Origin: Camelus dromedarius
Taxonomy: Eukaryota
Direction: 5' to 3'
DNA: 64,000 bases
Assembly (NCBI RefSeq): GCF_036321535.1
Contig: NC_087447.1
Location: 4,712,001 to 4,776,000 of the forward strand
The translations under genes were made by a program, and so were the position numbers. Positions 1-12,636 of the stretch are shown in pieces. The notes beneath the pieces were generated by a model. That model ran no database searches. It worked only from the letters and a program-made list of their open reading frames with translations, and was not told where the DNA came from. Position 1 is the first letter of the stretch; each line of letters begins with the position of its first letter.

Positions 1-1959
1 CTTGCAGTGAGACATCCTTTGGGCTCCCATCTCGGAGGACGCCTGCTCCCTCAGGGCAGAATCCGCGGTGGCAGCTGCCCACAAGCAGCACGTCTGGAAG
101 GCACCCAGGCAGCTGGGCTCACGGGTCCTGGCCGGGGGCCACGCACTCAGGCCACGCATTGCCCACGGAGCAATTTCCTGAGAGTTCTGCTAGGCAGGTA
201 ACTGCCTCCCCACCCCAGTTAATAGAGGGGTACAGCCCAGGGAAGAAATTAGAGTTGCTCACATTTTGTTCTGGAATGAACAAGGGGAGGGGAGCAATTA
301 TTCAAGCAGTAATTACACTTGCCTCCGGGTTGGCGCTGGAGTCAGCTGCACTCAAGCTTGTTCCCCGAGCGGACCGCGGCAGGAGCGTCCCGGGCAACCC
401 AGCCCCCACGTCACCTCTGAAGTCCTCCATGTGCTAACACAGACCGAAAATGGGAAGACCAGCTCCATGGCAGTGGCAGATGGCTTTATTTCCATAGCCG
501 GAGACCCGCCTGCTTGTCAGAGACCATGTTACAGTCCAGCCCTGACACCTGTTGAATGTCACCATTTACTGCCCCCGGATCAAGAGACCAAAGGGTCATA
601 CCTCAGAGGCTGACTCTGAAGTCTGTCGCAAAACAGTAAATGCACAAGAAGAGTCAACACAATTTTTTGAGAACAATGAAGGGGTAACGGCACAATCCAT
701 CTCAAACTATGCTATGGTGCTACGGAGATCAAAACAGCAGGCGACTGGTACAGAAAGACACCCACAGGTCAACAGTGCAGGACAGAAGTTTCCAGAATGA
801 GGTGCCAAACACCACAGACACTGGACGTGGAAGAGTGGCGTTTTAAATGAATGAGCACAGGATGAGCCATGCCATCAGGGTGTTGGGACTGCCCCCTGTC
901 CACTTACTGGGGGGATCAGTTCAGACCCCTACCTCATATCATAGCCCTCACCGCAAAAAATCAGACAGAACGTATGAATATACAACAACGCAACAGTAAC
1001 AGTCCTGGGGGAAAATAAAGGAAGATGTACTTACAAACTAGTGGTAAAGAAACAAGGCACGGAACCCAGAACCCATTAAGAAAAGACTGAGTTTTGTCAG
1101 ATGAAACTTTCTAATGTCTTTGGAAAAACAGACCACCAAAAACAAGGATGAAGGACCAGCTACAGACCAGAAGAAAAACCTGGGTATAACAAAGAATGAA
1201 TGTCCACACCAAATAAAGAGTTCCTACAAATCAGTAAGAAAAAGAGAAGCAGCGATTCAATGGGAAAATGGGCTCAGGATTTAAGAACATTGCTAACAAG
1301 CCAGTAATGAGGGACGTGCAAAGCAGAATGTTACCATTTTTAACCAAATTGAGTTTTTAAAAAATTGAATCTGGTAATTCCCAGCACTGGAGGGGAGAGG
1401 GGAAGGCGTGTACTCTCACAGACACCTGGCAGGGTAGAAACTGATGTAGCCTTTTTGGAGGAATCTGTCAATATTCTTAAAATTTTATAAATGACCGTAC
1501 TCTCTGATGAGGGATAACTTAAAAAAATGTCTGAACACACGTGCACAGATAAATGTAAACGCAAGCCACGCGGTTCACTGTCATGCACTGTAATAGCAAT
1601 AAAGCCTGGAAAAACTTAAATGCTTTTCAGCTGGGCAAAAGCCACAAAGCGGGATGCAGCCATGCTGCGGAATACTACTTCGCTTTTAAAAAGGAATCAA
1701 AATCTAAAAAGCAAGGATACAGAAAACGTTTACGGTACCTCAGCAAGTGAAAAGGATGGGCTGTAGAATGACAGGGAGAGAGCGACCGGATTTACATAAA
1801 AAATATGAGGATGTTTCCAAAGCAATACAACACGTTCAACTATGTGTTGAAGACGTGGTCATCTCCGAGGAGAGAAATAAAATAGGCTGTAAAAGACACT
1901 CATCTTCACAGAAAGAGGGACCATGCTGTGAAGGGTTGAGGCTGTTTATATGTATTCCT

Positions 1960-2730
1960 GTGTATTGTGCAGTTAATAATACACATCTATTAAAAAAGTG
2001 GCCACCAGGCCCCTGTAAAGATGCTCAACGTCATTAGCCACCAGGAAAACCAAGTCGAAACCACAAGGTGGTACCACTTCACACCTACTAGGAGGGTGAG
2101 AACCAAAAAGAAGGAAAATCACCAGCACAGGCAGGAAGGGGAGAGGCTGGAGCCCCTGCACAGTGCTGGGGGTGAGCGCCAGGTGCTGTAGCTGCTACAG
2201 AAGGCAGCTTCCTGGTTCCTCAAAAATTAAACAGCGTGACCGTGTGATTCCACAGTTCCACTCCCTGGTGTAAACCCCAAAAGTGAGAGTGGGGTCTCAT
2301 ATAGGTACTTGCACGCCCGTGTTCACAGGCAGCATTATTCACAGTCACCAGAGGGGGAAAAACCCAAGTGTCCATCAACAGGTGAGCCAATAAAAGTGTA
2401 CTCCATCCACACAACAGAATGTCATTCAGCCATAAAAAGGATGGGGTTCTGATAAGATGGATGAACCTTGAAAACATTTTGCTAAATAAAATAAGCCAGA
2501 CACAAAAGGACAAACAGCATATGATTCCACAAACATGAACTGCCCAGAACAGGCAGATTCACAGATACAGGAAAGCAGCATAGAGGCTCCCAGGGGCCGG
2601 GGGATGACTGCTTACTGGGCACAATTCCTGTCTGGGGTAACAGAAAAACTTTTTGTAACTAGATAGTGGTGACAGTTGTGCAACATTGAGAATAAATTAG
2701 TGCCACTAAATTGTATACTTACAATTAAAG
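1960..2730 (+). mobile_element. Old L1 (L1MB-like) ORF2 end and 3'UTR
   Basis: aagatgctcaacgtcattagcc...atgaaccttgaaaacattttgctaaataaaataagccagacacaaaagg...ccactaaattgtatact. Confidence 0.75.
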
Positions 2731-3530
2731 TGGGAAAAAACAGGCTGGAACGGCAGAGCTGGGGACTGCCACGGTCTCGGGAGGCCACACTCCAGACCTG
2801 ATGGGGCAGGACCTCGGAGGCTTAAGGGTGGAGCCAGGTGGCTTCAGGGAAGCCACACAACCCGGCAGAGCAGGGACAGCGGGACCAGGGAGGATGACAG
2901 ATGAGGCCCTTTCTTGCTTCAGTTTAACCACTGGAAAAATTGTATCAAGGTAAACTGAAAGCACTGAAAAAAATCCACACTGAATCAAATACTAATCAAG
3001 AAAGCAAATAAGAAGACACCAGAAGGTGCAGTATCTCCCACCACTGGAAAAAGGCTCAGAGGTGACGTCACCATGACAATTTCCTGGGGGGTCCTAGGCA
3101 AGAGAAATCTCAAGCTAGAAGGACAGAGGACAGCAGATGTGTGATTCTGGGCACACATGCCATCAGGACCTGCAGTTCCAGCACCACACGGCTGCCACCG
3201 CTGCCACCAGAGCCTGAGGTCCACACGCAGCCGGCAGGCAACCCGTGGCTGGGCCAGCAGAGGGTAACTGGCCCTGACCTGGTTACAGGCAAAGGCAGGC
3301 CTAGGAGGGCTGCTCGGAGCTGGAGAATGGGAAGAATGGACTTGGGCAAGGGGCACACAGCCCCCCACTTACCCGAGAGGGTCAGCAGCCAGGTTTGCTC
3401 CCGGCTGGAGCCCACCCCTTGGGGGCAAAGCAGCTCCAAGCAGAGCCCTCAACACCTCTCCTCTCCTTCCAGCCTCACACTGGAAGTCAGTGTTTGGGAC
3501 TCTGACCCTTGGTCTCTTTCACAAGGAAAT

Positions 3531-3740
3531 GGACAGATACACACATTGCTATATAGAAAATAAACAACAAAGACCTACTGTATAGCACAGGGAACTATAT
3601 TCAGTATCTTATAATCACTGATAATGAAAAAGAATCTGAAAAAATATATATGTAACTGAATCACTTTGCTGTATACCTAAAACTAACACAACATCATAAA
3701 TCAACTATACTTCAATAAAATAAAATCTTAAAAAAAAAAA
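3531..3740 (+). mobile_element. Short L1 3' end (artiodactyl-type) with A tail
   Basis: cctactgtatagcacagggaactatattc...caactatacttcaataaaa. The same motif recurs at 16526, 18200, 25010, 28490 and 56632. Confidence 0.85.
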
Positions 3741-4419
3741 AGGAAACGGGACACCTAGGGTGGGATTCCTCTTGCCACTGCATCCTTCCCACGATGGCCC
3801 ATCTGGAGGGCAGGGCCTCCAGATTCCTACTCACAGATGCCGCCTCACTGAACCCCAGCCAGCACCCCACAAGGCACAAGCCAACATCCACATTTTGAGG
3901 ATGAGGAAGCTGAGGCTGAGAGCTAGTAAACCACCTTCCAGAGCTGAAGAGAAGACAGAGAGCAGCCTGAGGCAGCAGGCGGGACCTGGGGACCAGCTCT
4001 TTGTGCCACCACCTGCACACAGCCACCGGCTCCTCTTCAGAGCAGACACGCCACCACTTCCTGAGCAAATGTGTCCCAGGCCCAGGCGGGGAAGGGGCTA
4101 GACAGGGCCCCTTACTCCCATCAGAGCCTCCCCATTTTGACAGCGTGTTATGTGTCCAAAAGGCCACATAAACCACAAATGTCCAGTTTCTCTCAGGGCT
4201 TCTATACTATTGAACATGGCACTAAGTCCACATCCCAGCACCCCTTCTTCCTGAGGGCCACCACTGGTCTTAGAGTGTCCCCTGGCTCAGCTCCCTTCAC
4301 CATCAGCTCTCCCATCTCTGAAGCAAATCAGCCAATGTCCAGCCCAGCTTTAAACAGCATCCGCTATCCAAACCCCACTAGGGCAACCAGCTCCTAGCCC
4401 ATGCCTGCTGAGAGAGGTA

Positions 4420-4872
4420 CCCAACCAAGGTCAACCCATCAGCGGATGGATGGATGGATGGATAAGCAAATGTGCTCTATCCATAGGACAGAAAACCGTT
4501 CAGCCTTGAAAAGGAGTGGAGCACTGACACATGTCACAACGTGGACGCACCTCGAAAGCATTACACCCAATAAGAAGCCAGATGCAAAGGACAACACACC
4601 CCATGACTCCCTGTATATGAAGTGTCCGGAACAGGAAATTCCATAGAGACAGAAAGCAGACTGGTGACTGCCACAGGCTGGGCAGTGGGTGGGATGGGAA
4701 GTTACTGTTTAATCGGTATGGGGTTTAATTTTGTGGCCATTGAAATGTTCTGTATCTTAACAGAAGTGATGGTTGCACAACATTGTGAATGTACTAAATG
4801 TCATTGAATTGTATACGTTAGAATGGTTAGTTTCACATTACGTGATTTTTCGCCTCAATTTAAAAAAAAAAA
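4420..4872 (+). mobile_element. Old L1 (L1MB-like) 3'UTR
   Basis: atagagacagaaagcagactggtgactgcc...gatggttgcacaacattgtgaatgtactaaatg, then A tail. Confidence 0.75.
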
Positions 4873-7800
4873 GACCAATTCAATACCTTTCTCCTAGGAC
4901 TGACCTGACTCCAGCCTGCGATGCCTTTCCCTCTCCCCAAACTCAAGTCTCCGGAAGCTTCCATCACCTTCTGGATCACATCCAGACTCTGCAGTGTGAT
5001 CTGGCCTCTTTCAGCAGAGCCCACCCAGTCCTTGAGGACAGGGCTCCGGGATTGTGAGGGAGGGGCCCCTGGGCCCACCTCTCCCATAGCTGCACAGTCA
5101 GCTGCTATTTGCCTTCCCCTCAACCGGACACCCTGACAGCAAAGGCCTGGGCCTCCTCCACCATTCTATCCAGTTCTATCCCCCGCTCCACACAGTTCCA
5201 GGCACTGAGAGTAACAGCAACAATAGTAAGAGCTGATCCAGTGCCACGAGTGGGTCAGCTCACTGAACTAGTGGAAGGAAGTACGACAATGCCCATTTTA
5301 CAGAAGAGGAAACTGAGGCACACAAAGGTGGAGTTGGCTGCCCAAGGTCCCCCTACCCTAAGCAAGACTGGGACCAGACCTGGGCACTCAGGATCTGCCC
5401 ACACTGTTAACCACCGCAAGACACCTCACCCAGTGTTGCAGCGATAAATGAGCCAGACAGTGGACTCAATGTCCAAGGTCCCAGGCAGGCGAAAAATCCA
5501 GACTGTGTGGTAACAGCTTTTAGACCTTCCGGGCCAGAAAGATCAAGGATCCCATTACACAACAGGCACCACAGTTCTGCCACCACTGGTCCCAGGATGG
5601 TGCTAAGGGTTTCACACACAGCATCTAGGGCTCCCCATCATGTTGGGTGGGGGGTGGGGGGGACCAGGTGAGGACACTGGACACAGAGAAGCTAAGTAAG
5701 CTGTCCAAAATCAAACAGCTACCGCGCACGGAGACCCTCGCGGTCCGCCCCTAAAGCCCCCGCCCCGACCCGGCAAGCCCGAACTGCACGGCCGGAAGCC
5801 GTGCTGAGAACCTCACCTAGCTGCAAGCGCCTCCCCCTGCCCCGTGTGCAAATTCTGCTAAATGCCTGAGTGGTGACACAGTGCAGCTGAAATTAAACAG
5901 GTTCCAAATAGGACGGGATCTCCACAGCAAATGCTGGATCACGCGGGTGGACTTAGAACTGAACGGGAGGGTTAAAGGTAGGTGGGCCCTGCTTTGAGAA
6001 GCAGAGGGTCCTTTGGGGGAACTCTCAGTGGACTCTACACAGCATTCCATTAACTCAGTACCCACCTGTCGGGCCCTCCCAGTGGGTATCTGCAGTAACC
6101 ACCCTGGGGGCGGTTCTGGAGCAAGCGCTGTGGGGCCAAAGGGGAGAGGCCTGGACCATGGAGCTGGAGCAGGCCGTTCCCAGCACCGGGACCACTAGAA
6201 TAAAGCACTTTTGTGGGCTTACAGCTTCAAATTGCAACAGGAAGCAATCAGGAAAAATAATTAGCTACCAACTTACTGGCTCCACTCCGTCCTGAGGCAT
6301 AAATCTAACACAGAAATCAGAGACATGACATACCAAGAACAGTCAAAATAGTTCTGCAGAAAGATCCCTCCTTTTCCTTCCATTTTAGGACCAGATTACC
6401 ACATTAGCCAGCACTCTAAAAACCTTGTGTTGACATGCTTCCTAATGTTAAAATAATCAGCTCTATTTTTGCCTCCCACACAACTGAACTCCACAGATGT
6501 GTGATTCCGTCTCCTTAGGGGCTCGAACCGCACGACAGGCATTCAGCTCCAACAACGTTACCCCAAAAGCTACAGGAAATCCAAACTGCAACGAAGTGAG
6601 AAGCAACACAGCCGGCTGAGAAACCCCACCTTTAAAACAAACATCTCCCCCCCCCCACAAAAAAACCTTTTGCCTCCGTGATCCAGGCATTTCCGGAAAG
6701 AGAAGCGCTGGCCTGAACTACCCAGATACTGTCATTGTTTCGTCGTCACCTTGTTTTGCTTGTATCAGACAGGGCCAAGAATATAAACTCACTCCCGAGG
6801 GAGGCAAATTTGGGGTGAAACCACCAACAGCCTCCCGGAGGCAAGAGGACTGGAGGAAACTACCCCCTCTCCGCGCCCCAAACCTCAGTGGAGGGGCCGC
6901 AGGGCTAGGAGTGTGACCACAGAGCCAGGCCAGGACACCTCCCCGCAGTGTCCGCACTGGAAATATTTAGGGAGACAGCTGTTTGCCTTAAAGAGGCCCA
7001 GACAAAGGGATCCGAGCCCCCCTCCTCCCCCCACTGCCACCAGCAGAACAGCAGCCTGGAGAGCACAGGACTCCCGTGCCCACTTGGCCCGCCACACTCC
7101 AGAAAAACAAAACACTCAGGTCGGAAGAGAATGATTTAGGTAGCAAGAGGCTTGCTTCAAAAACCACATGGCAATCTCCAAATTAAAAGAACATGTGTAG
7201 CTTTTCACAAGGCGCTTAGTTTCCTGAGTCCTCCTGACCTCAACTCCACCCTCCGGACAAGGCAAAAGTTGGAGAGAAAGGTCCCCGGTCACCGCTCTCC
7301 CGAAGGGTGTGTACAACGGAGGCCCCACGCCGCGCTCTGGGACACTTCGCCCCGCGCGGCGGCCCCACGCAGCCGGCCCCCGGGGCTAGGCGTCACTGTT
7401 TAGGGCCCCAGGGGCCAGACCGGTCGCCCGGGCACCTGGCAGGTGTCAGTACATTTGGAAACAGTCAGCAAGGCAAATGAAAGGGGCAGCGCCACAGGCC
7501 AGGCGGCCGGGCTCCCGGTTCAGAACTTTCTCTGCAACTTAAATCAGTTCCCAGAGCTCGCAGGCCGGCCGCGCGGCCATCGGAAACAGGGTCGGGAAGG
7601 AGTTCCCGACACAGGGCGGCGAGGCCTGCCTCTGGGCCGACAGTCCCCGCTCTGTGCCTGCCCGCCGGCCGGGGTCCACACGGTCCCCGCACGGCCTCGC
7701 CCGGCCGGCTTGAGGCGGGCGCACTTCTGAGCGCGCCCCGGGGCCCGGGCAGGTGAGGACCCGCCCGCGCCGCACCTGGCGGGGTGGGTGCCGCCCGCGC

Positions 7801-8034
7801 GCCCTCCTCGCCCGCCCGGGACGCGGACGGGCCCCGGCGTCCCCGGGAGGAGCCCGGGCGGGCGAGACAAAGGGTCCGCGCGCGGCCCCCGGGCGGCGGG
7901 CGCGGCGGGGACCCGCGGCGCGCGCCCCAACTCGCCCCCAACTTGCAAAGTCGCTTCCGAGGCGGCGCCGCGCACTTGGCCTCGGGGCGGCCCGGGTGCC
8001 CGGGCCATTGTCCCTCCGGCCCGCGCCCACCTAC

Positions 8035-8085
8035 CCGCGGCGGGGGCCAGGCTGCAGCAGAGCGCGAGCAACAGCAGCAGCAGCA

Positions 8086-8127
<42 letters not shown>

Positions 8128-8137
8128 CCGCCTCCAT
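8035..8137 (-). CDS. LRP5: LRP5 exon 1 coding part: signal peptide [34 protein letters not shown] plus 1 nt (phase 1)
   Basis: ATG at 8137 in strong context (gacaacATGg). 103 nt to a GTAGGT donor. Peptide matches the LRP5 N-terminus (human [30 protein letters not shown]). CpG island and head-to-head synteny with C11orf24 agree. Confidence 0.93.
8072..8116 (-). repeat. Compound coding trinucleotide repeat (CCG)10(CTG)5
   Basis: Plus strand: (CAG)5 at 8072-8086 abuts an uninterrupted (CGG)10 at 8087-8116. Confidence 0.97.
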
Positions 8138-8169
8138 GTTGTCCGGAGCCGGACGGGCCCGCGCCGCGC

Positions 8170-8184
8170 TCACTCGGGCTCCAT
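8170..8184 (-). other. 4-codon upstream ORF (MEPE*) in the LRP5 5'UTR
   Basis: Minus strand reads gcgccATG GAG CCC GAG TGA with a perfect GCCATGG Kozak. Stop lies 32 nt before the main ATG. Confidence 0.8.
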
Positions 8185-9729
8185 GGCGCGGCGGCGGCGG
8201 CGGTGGCGGCTCCTCGCGCAGCTCCCGGCGCCTGCCGCCTCCCCCCTCGGGCGCCGCGGACCAGGACGACGGGGGGAGGAGGGAGGAGGCGCGGGAGCGG
8301 AAGCCGCGCCGCGTCCCCGCCCCCCGCCGCCGCGGCCGCCCGCCCGCGCCCCCCGCGCCGGCCGCGCCCTCCCGCGGGCGCCCCTCGGAGCCCGCCCGCG
8401 GCTAGGCGGCCGCTGCGCGCGGTCCCCGCGGCTCTGCCCGCGCCCCCCGCCCCCTGGGACCTGTCACCCGGGCTCCGCGGGGGCGCGGGGTCGGGCGCCG
8501 GGTTCCCACCCCGCTGGGCCCGGGGGCAGATCGAGACCCGGAAGCAGGTGTGTCACCTGTGGAGCTGCCGGGATCGGGCTTGAAGGATGGGGAAACTGAG
8601 GCAGGGGGCGGGGCATGCGAAGAGGGTTGCCCGAGGGCACACGGTGAAACAGTTTCGAGGCTGGAAGCCTGGGGCCCCGGGCCAGGTCTACGCGCTTTCC
8701 CGCAGCAGGGTCCCGTCGGGGCGGCCCCGCGACACCTGTTCTCACTGTTGAGGGCGCCGGGGAGCACAAAGGAGGGCGACCGCGAGTCCGTGCCGGGGCA
8801 GGGACCGAAGCGGATGATGGAGAGAGGCGGGGGCTGCTCGGGCTGGGAGTAGGAGTGGGTTTGAGGTTTTATTTTTAAACTAATGTACACCCTCTACATT
8901 AATTACGGTACACGAAGACTGAGCTGTAGACACGCTGTTCTTCCAAATGTGCTTGTAGGCCGCCTTAGGGAGAAAGCCCCTCTAGGATGGCAGACCTCAC
9001 CTGTGATTCATTCAACAAGCAAGCACTGAGCCCCGCCCCCCACCCCCCTTTTCGCTGCTCTGTGCCATCCTGAGCAGCAAGCTCAGCCACAGATCTCTCG
9101 GGGAACAAGAAGGGCTGGGAAGGACCATCACGAGCTCTGGAACCCAGAGGCCCAAGTTCAAACTCTAATTCTGCTGCTTCCTAGAACCAGGTGTGCCCTT
9201 GAGTGGGTCCAAATATAACCTTTCCTTGGACACCTTCTGCCCTTATAACACAGGGAGATCAATGCTTGCCTTGCAGGTGCCAAGAACTAGCTGCAGCTCA
9301 CATGCACAACCAGGTACACATGGATATGGGCATTTTTCATATATTTGTGACAACGTTACAAAGCTAGTGTTCAGGCAGAATGTCTCTGTCCTACAGGGTT
9401 TATATTCTAGGGAAGGAGATAAAGAAAAACAAGAAGATAGATCAATTTAAAAACCAAAGCAAACAAACAAACTGAAACACCATTAACCGAGAGAGGGATG
9501 CCATGAAAAATGAAGTGTCCTGGGCTGCAAGATCTAGGGAAATTCTGATTTAGGGAGGTAGAGACATTCGAGCTACCACCAAAGAGCCAGCAGAGGCAAA
9601 TGGAGCAGTAGGACAAGCCAGCTGGGGCTGGGGCACATCAGAGCTGGAGAAGGAGTCAAAAATTTATCCCAAGACAATGGGAAGCCAGTTAGGGGTTTAA
9701 GGAGCAAAATCCTTGCTGATTCCTCTCTT

Positions 9730-10497
9730 ACACCCTCTGCCCAACCCCTGTTACACATCCTGTTGGCTCTACTTTTAAAACAGAGGCAGACTGTCAACAC
9801 TTCTCACATCTCCACTACCACCATCCCAGTTTGGGTCATGTCCCACCCCTGCTGGGTCTCCCTTGTCCAGCCTTGACCCTCTTCAGCCTAATCTCACAGC
9901 AGCTGTCAAAACAAGTCAGCTCACATCCCTCCTCTGCTCAAGAACCTGCTATGGCTCCCACACCAGTCAGAATAGAAGCCAAAAAGCCTTATGGCACCTA
10001 AGGGGACTGATCTAGCCACATTTCTCCCTTTATCTCTCTAGCCTCTTATGCACTCTCCTTCCTCTCTCTCACCCTGCTCTGGCCACATGGCCTCCTTGCT
10101 GGTTCTCAAACACAGGAGGCACACTCCTGCCTCAGGGCCTTTGCACTTGTTGGTCTCTCTGCTGGAACTCTTTCGTCCCTGTTACCCACATGGTTCATGA
10201 CCTCACGTCTTCAGCTCCTCAGCCAGACCTTCCCTGACCTCCTTTGGAAATTGTAAACCACAGCCCCTCCACTGCCCACCCTTTGCCAGCACTCCCTGCT
10301 CCATTTCTCTGCTTAACATTTCCCCTTTGCACTGACCATCAGCCAACCCACTTGTGTTTACTTTTCTTCCCTCCATTAGAATGGAAGTGCCCCAAGAACA
10401 GAGACATCCACTTGATTTGTTCCATGTGGGCCCCCCAAGCCTACACCAGGGACTGGCACATAGTAGGTTCTCAATAAATGTTTGTTGAATGACTGAT
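9730..10497 (+). mobile_element. L2 3' end
   Basis: cactcctgcctcagggcctttgcacttg...ggcacatagtaggttctcaataaatgtttgttgaatga. Confidence 0.75.
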
Positions 10498-11879
10498 TGA
10501 AGGGAAAAGATCTAATTTACATTTATAAAAGGAGCAAGCTGGCTGCTGAGTGGGGACAAGACTGTCTGGAGAAAAGAGGGGATGCAGGAGACTGGTCAGC
10601 AGGTGTGTACCATAGCAGCAGCCAGGAGAGATGGCAGCTCTGACGGGCAGTGGGTGGGGGGCTTACGAATTGCGAGAAGACTCTGGATTCAGGATGTTTT
10701 AGGAAGAGCTAATGGGACTCACTAAGGGTGCTGGCTGTGGGAATGAGAGGTTGGGCACCTGGGGTGGCCCACCGTAAGGGCTCTGCTAGTGGACATTTAT
10801 TACAACAGCTGGGCCAAAGTTCAAGTCGAAGTTCTACATCTGATACAGAGAAGATGAAGACCCTGTGCTCAGTTATGCAAATGATGAAAAGGAAAATGAA
10901 CCAAGAATATAAACAGATATTGAAATTCTTTATTCTCAGGGAGGGAGACAGCTTAACTCTCAGAGTGGGAGAATTCAGTGAATATAGAAGAGGTCACTTA
11001 AGTCAGGGGATGGCAGAGGCTGGCAGTAGCTCCTGGGGTGCCCTGGGGTTTCCTGTGCCAACTTGTGGGGTATCAACTGTGGAGGGGCCGTCAGAGACCC
11101 CCTGAGAGGGAAAGGACTGTGCCTCAGGTCTCAAGGCAGAACTCTGATCAGAACTTTGAGAAAAGTTGTTTGCAAAGAACAATGAGAACTAGTCACTATT
11201 TAACTCTGCAGAATTCCAGCATCATGAGGGCAGTAATTTTTAGACTCTTCACTAATGTCAGAAGCAACCAGAGAATGTGCTAAGCTTCCACTTCCCCAGA
11301 AGGCTGCCTGTCACAGCTCATCACGCCACCGAACTTTTCTTAGGCCTTGCTTTTGAAAGAGTTTTCTCTCAAGTTATTGCTCAGATGCAGGTTCCATCCC
11401 CATGAAGTAACAGGGGCTCAGCACCTGTCAGATCTAATTGTTTCTGGACACCAGGGCTCAGCCGGGGTCCATGTAGGGCCCATCACAGGGTGACATCTCA
11501 GCCCACGACACGTGGGGAATAATGACTTTCTGGTTTCCCTCCCAAGCTGGAACATGCTGACTCTGGAGAGTTATTCTGGGCACGCGAGCCCTCCCTCCTG
11601 GCAGGCCTGGCCACTGTGGTCAGAGGTGTGCCTTGGGCTCCAGCATTTCCGGGCTCTCTGAGCCTCAAGCATCCTCCTGAGGACAACTTGGTGGAGGCAC
11701 ACGGGGGAGAACATCCGCTAACTGGCCATCCTTTGGATCCCCTCGGGCCTCTCCCCTGCCTCAGCACCACCCCCAGCATCTGGCACTGGGAGCAGGCAAG
11801 GGAGGGTGGCCACCGGTGCGCGGTGGTGGGCAGTCCGGGCTTGGTTGGTAGCGGGCCATGGTCTCTGCAGAGACAGCTG

Positions 11880-12050
11880 GGGTGTGAGGGACACAGGCTG
11901 AACTTCACCTCTCCAAGCCTCGGTTTCCTCATGCATAAAATGGGAATACTATTGGCTTGACTTCTTATCTTTCAGAGCCGATGTGAGCCTTAGATGAGAG
12001 ACGACTTGCAGACGTGTTCTTTACGCTGGGAAGCCCTGTGTCAGTGCGAT
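11880..12050 (+). mobile_element. MIR
   Basis: Core ttcacctctccaagcctcggtttcctcatgcataaaatgggaatact. Confidence 0.65.
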
Positions 12051-12334
12051 CTGTGATTAACCAGAGCCCACGACAGGGCGTGAGGGTGGATGTGCCAGGC
12101 ACCCCAACTTGTCCTCTCTTCCAATAGTCGCCATCCGTCCCTTAGTTTCTGCAGCCCTGAGCTTTAGCCCTCCCGAGGGTTTGGCTTGCATGTAACTCGT
12201 GTCCTGGGGAGAACGCCAGGGGCGGCCACGGGAGCATCTGGTCCACTTGGCAATTTTGTTTGTTTATTTGGTTTTGGGGGGGTAATTAGGTTCATTTATT
12301 TATGTATATCTATTTTTATATATTTATTTGCATT

Positions 12335-12440
12335 CCTTTTTTATTGAAGTGTAGTCAGTTGACAATATTGTATCAATTTCTGGCATACAGCCTAATGTTT
12401 CAGTCGTACATATGCATACATATATTCGTTTCCATATTAT
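12335..12440 (-). mobile_element. L1 3' end nested within a SINE
   Basis: Reverse complement of gaaacgaatatatgtatg...gactacacttcaataaaaaa. Confidence 0.75.
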
Positions 12441-12450
12441 CTAATTTTTT

Positions 12451-12527
12451 AATGGAGGTACTGGGGATTGAACTCAGGACCTTGCACTGGCTAAACACAT
12501 GCTCTACTGATGAGCTCTACCCTCTCC
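12451..12527 (-). mobile_element. tRNA-derived SINE (Vic-1-like) head; its 3' part is displaced to about 12265-12300
   Basis: Reverse complement of ggagagggtagagctc...gtcctgagttcaatccccagtacctccatt. The aacctaattacccccc tail lies beyond an inserted L1 3' end. Confidence 0.85.
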
Positions 12528-12636
12528 ACACAGTTTTCTATAACAGTTTCATTTTATTTAACAGTTTTATTTTCACTACAGATCAAGGAATTGACATTCA
12601 GGTTTCATTTTCCTTTTTAAGCACTTTAAAGACACC

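Larger units (their letters stand above)
1..8034 (-). other. LRP5: LRP5 intron 1 (partial; exon 2 lies outside the window)
   Basis: Begins at donor G|GTAGGT on the minus strand (GT = 8034-8033). No LRP5 exon 2 peptide (SPLLLFANRRDVRL...) was recognised in 1-8034. Confidence 0.85.
7250..8850. promoter_or_regulatory. CpG island / TATA-less LRP5 promoter
   Basis: Very high GC and CpG density spanning exon 1, with multiple GC boxes (CCCCGCCC) at about 8310-8450 upstream of the 5'UTR. Confidence 0.9.

Noticed and set aside
7465-8890. Many long overlapping ORFs on both strands (up to 276 aa)
   Set aside because: Stop-codon depletion in a CpG island. Only 8035-8137 matches a known protein and has a splice donor.
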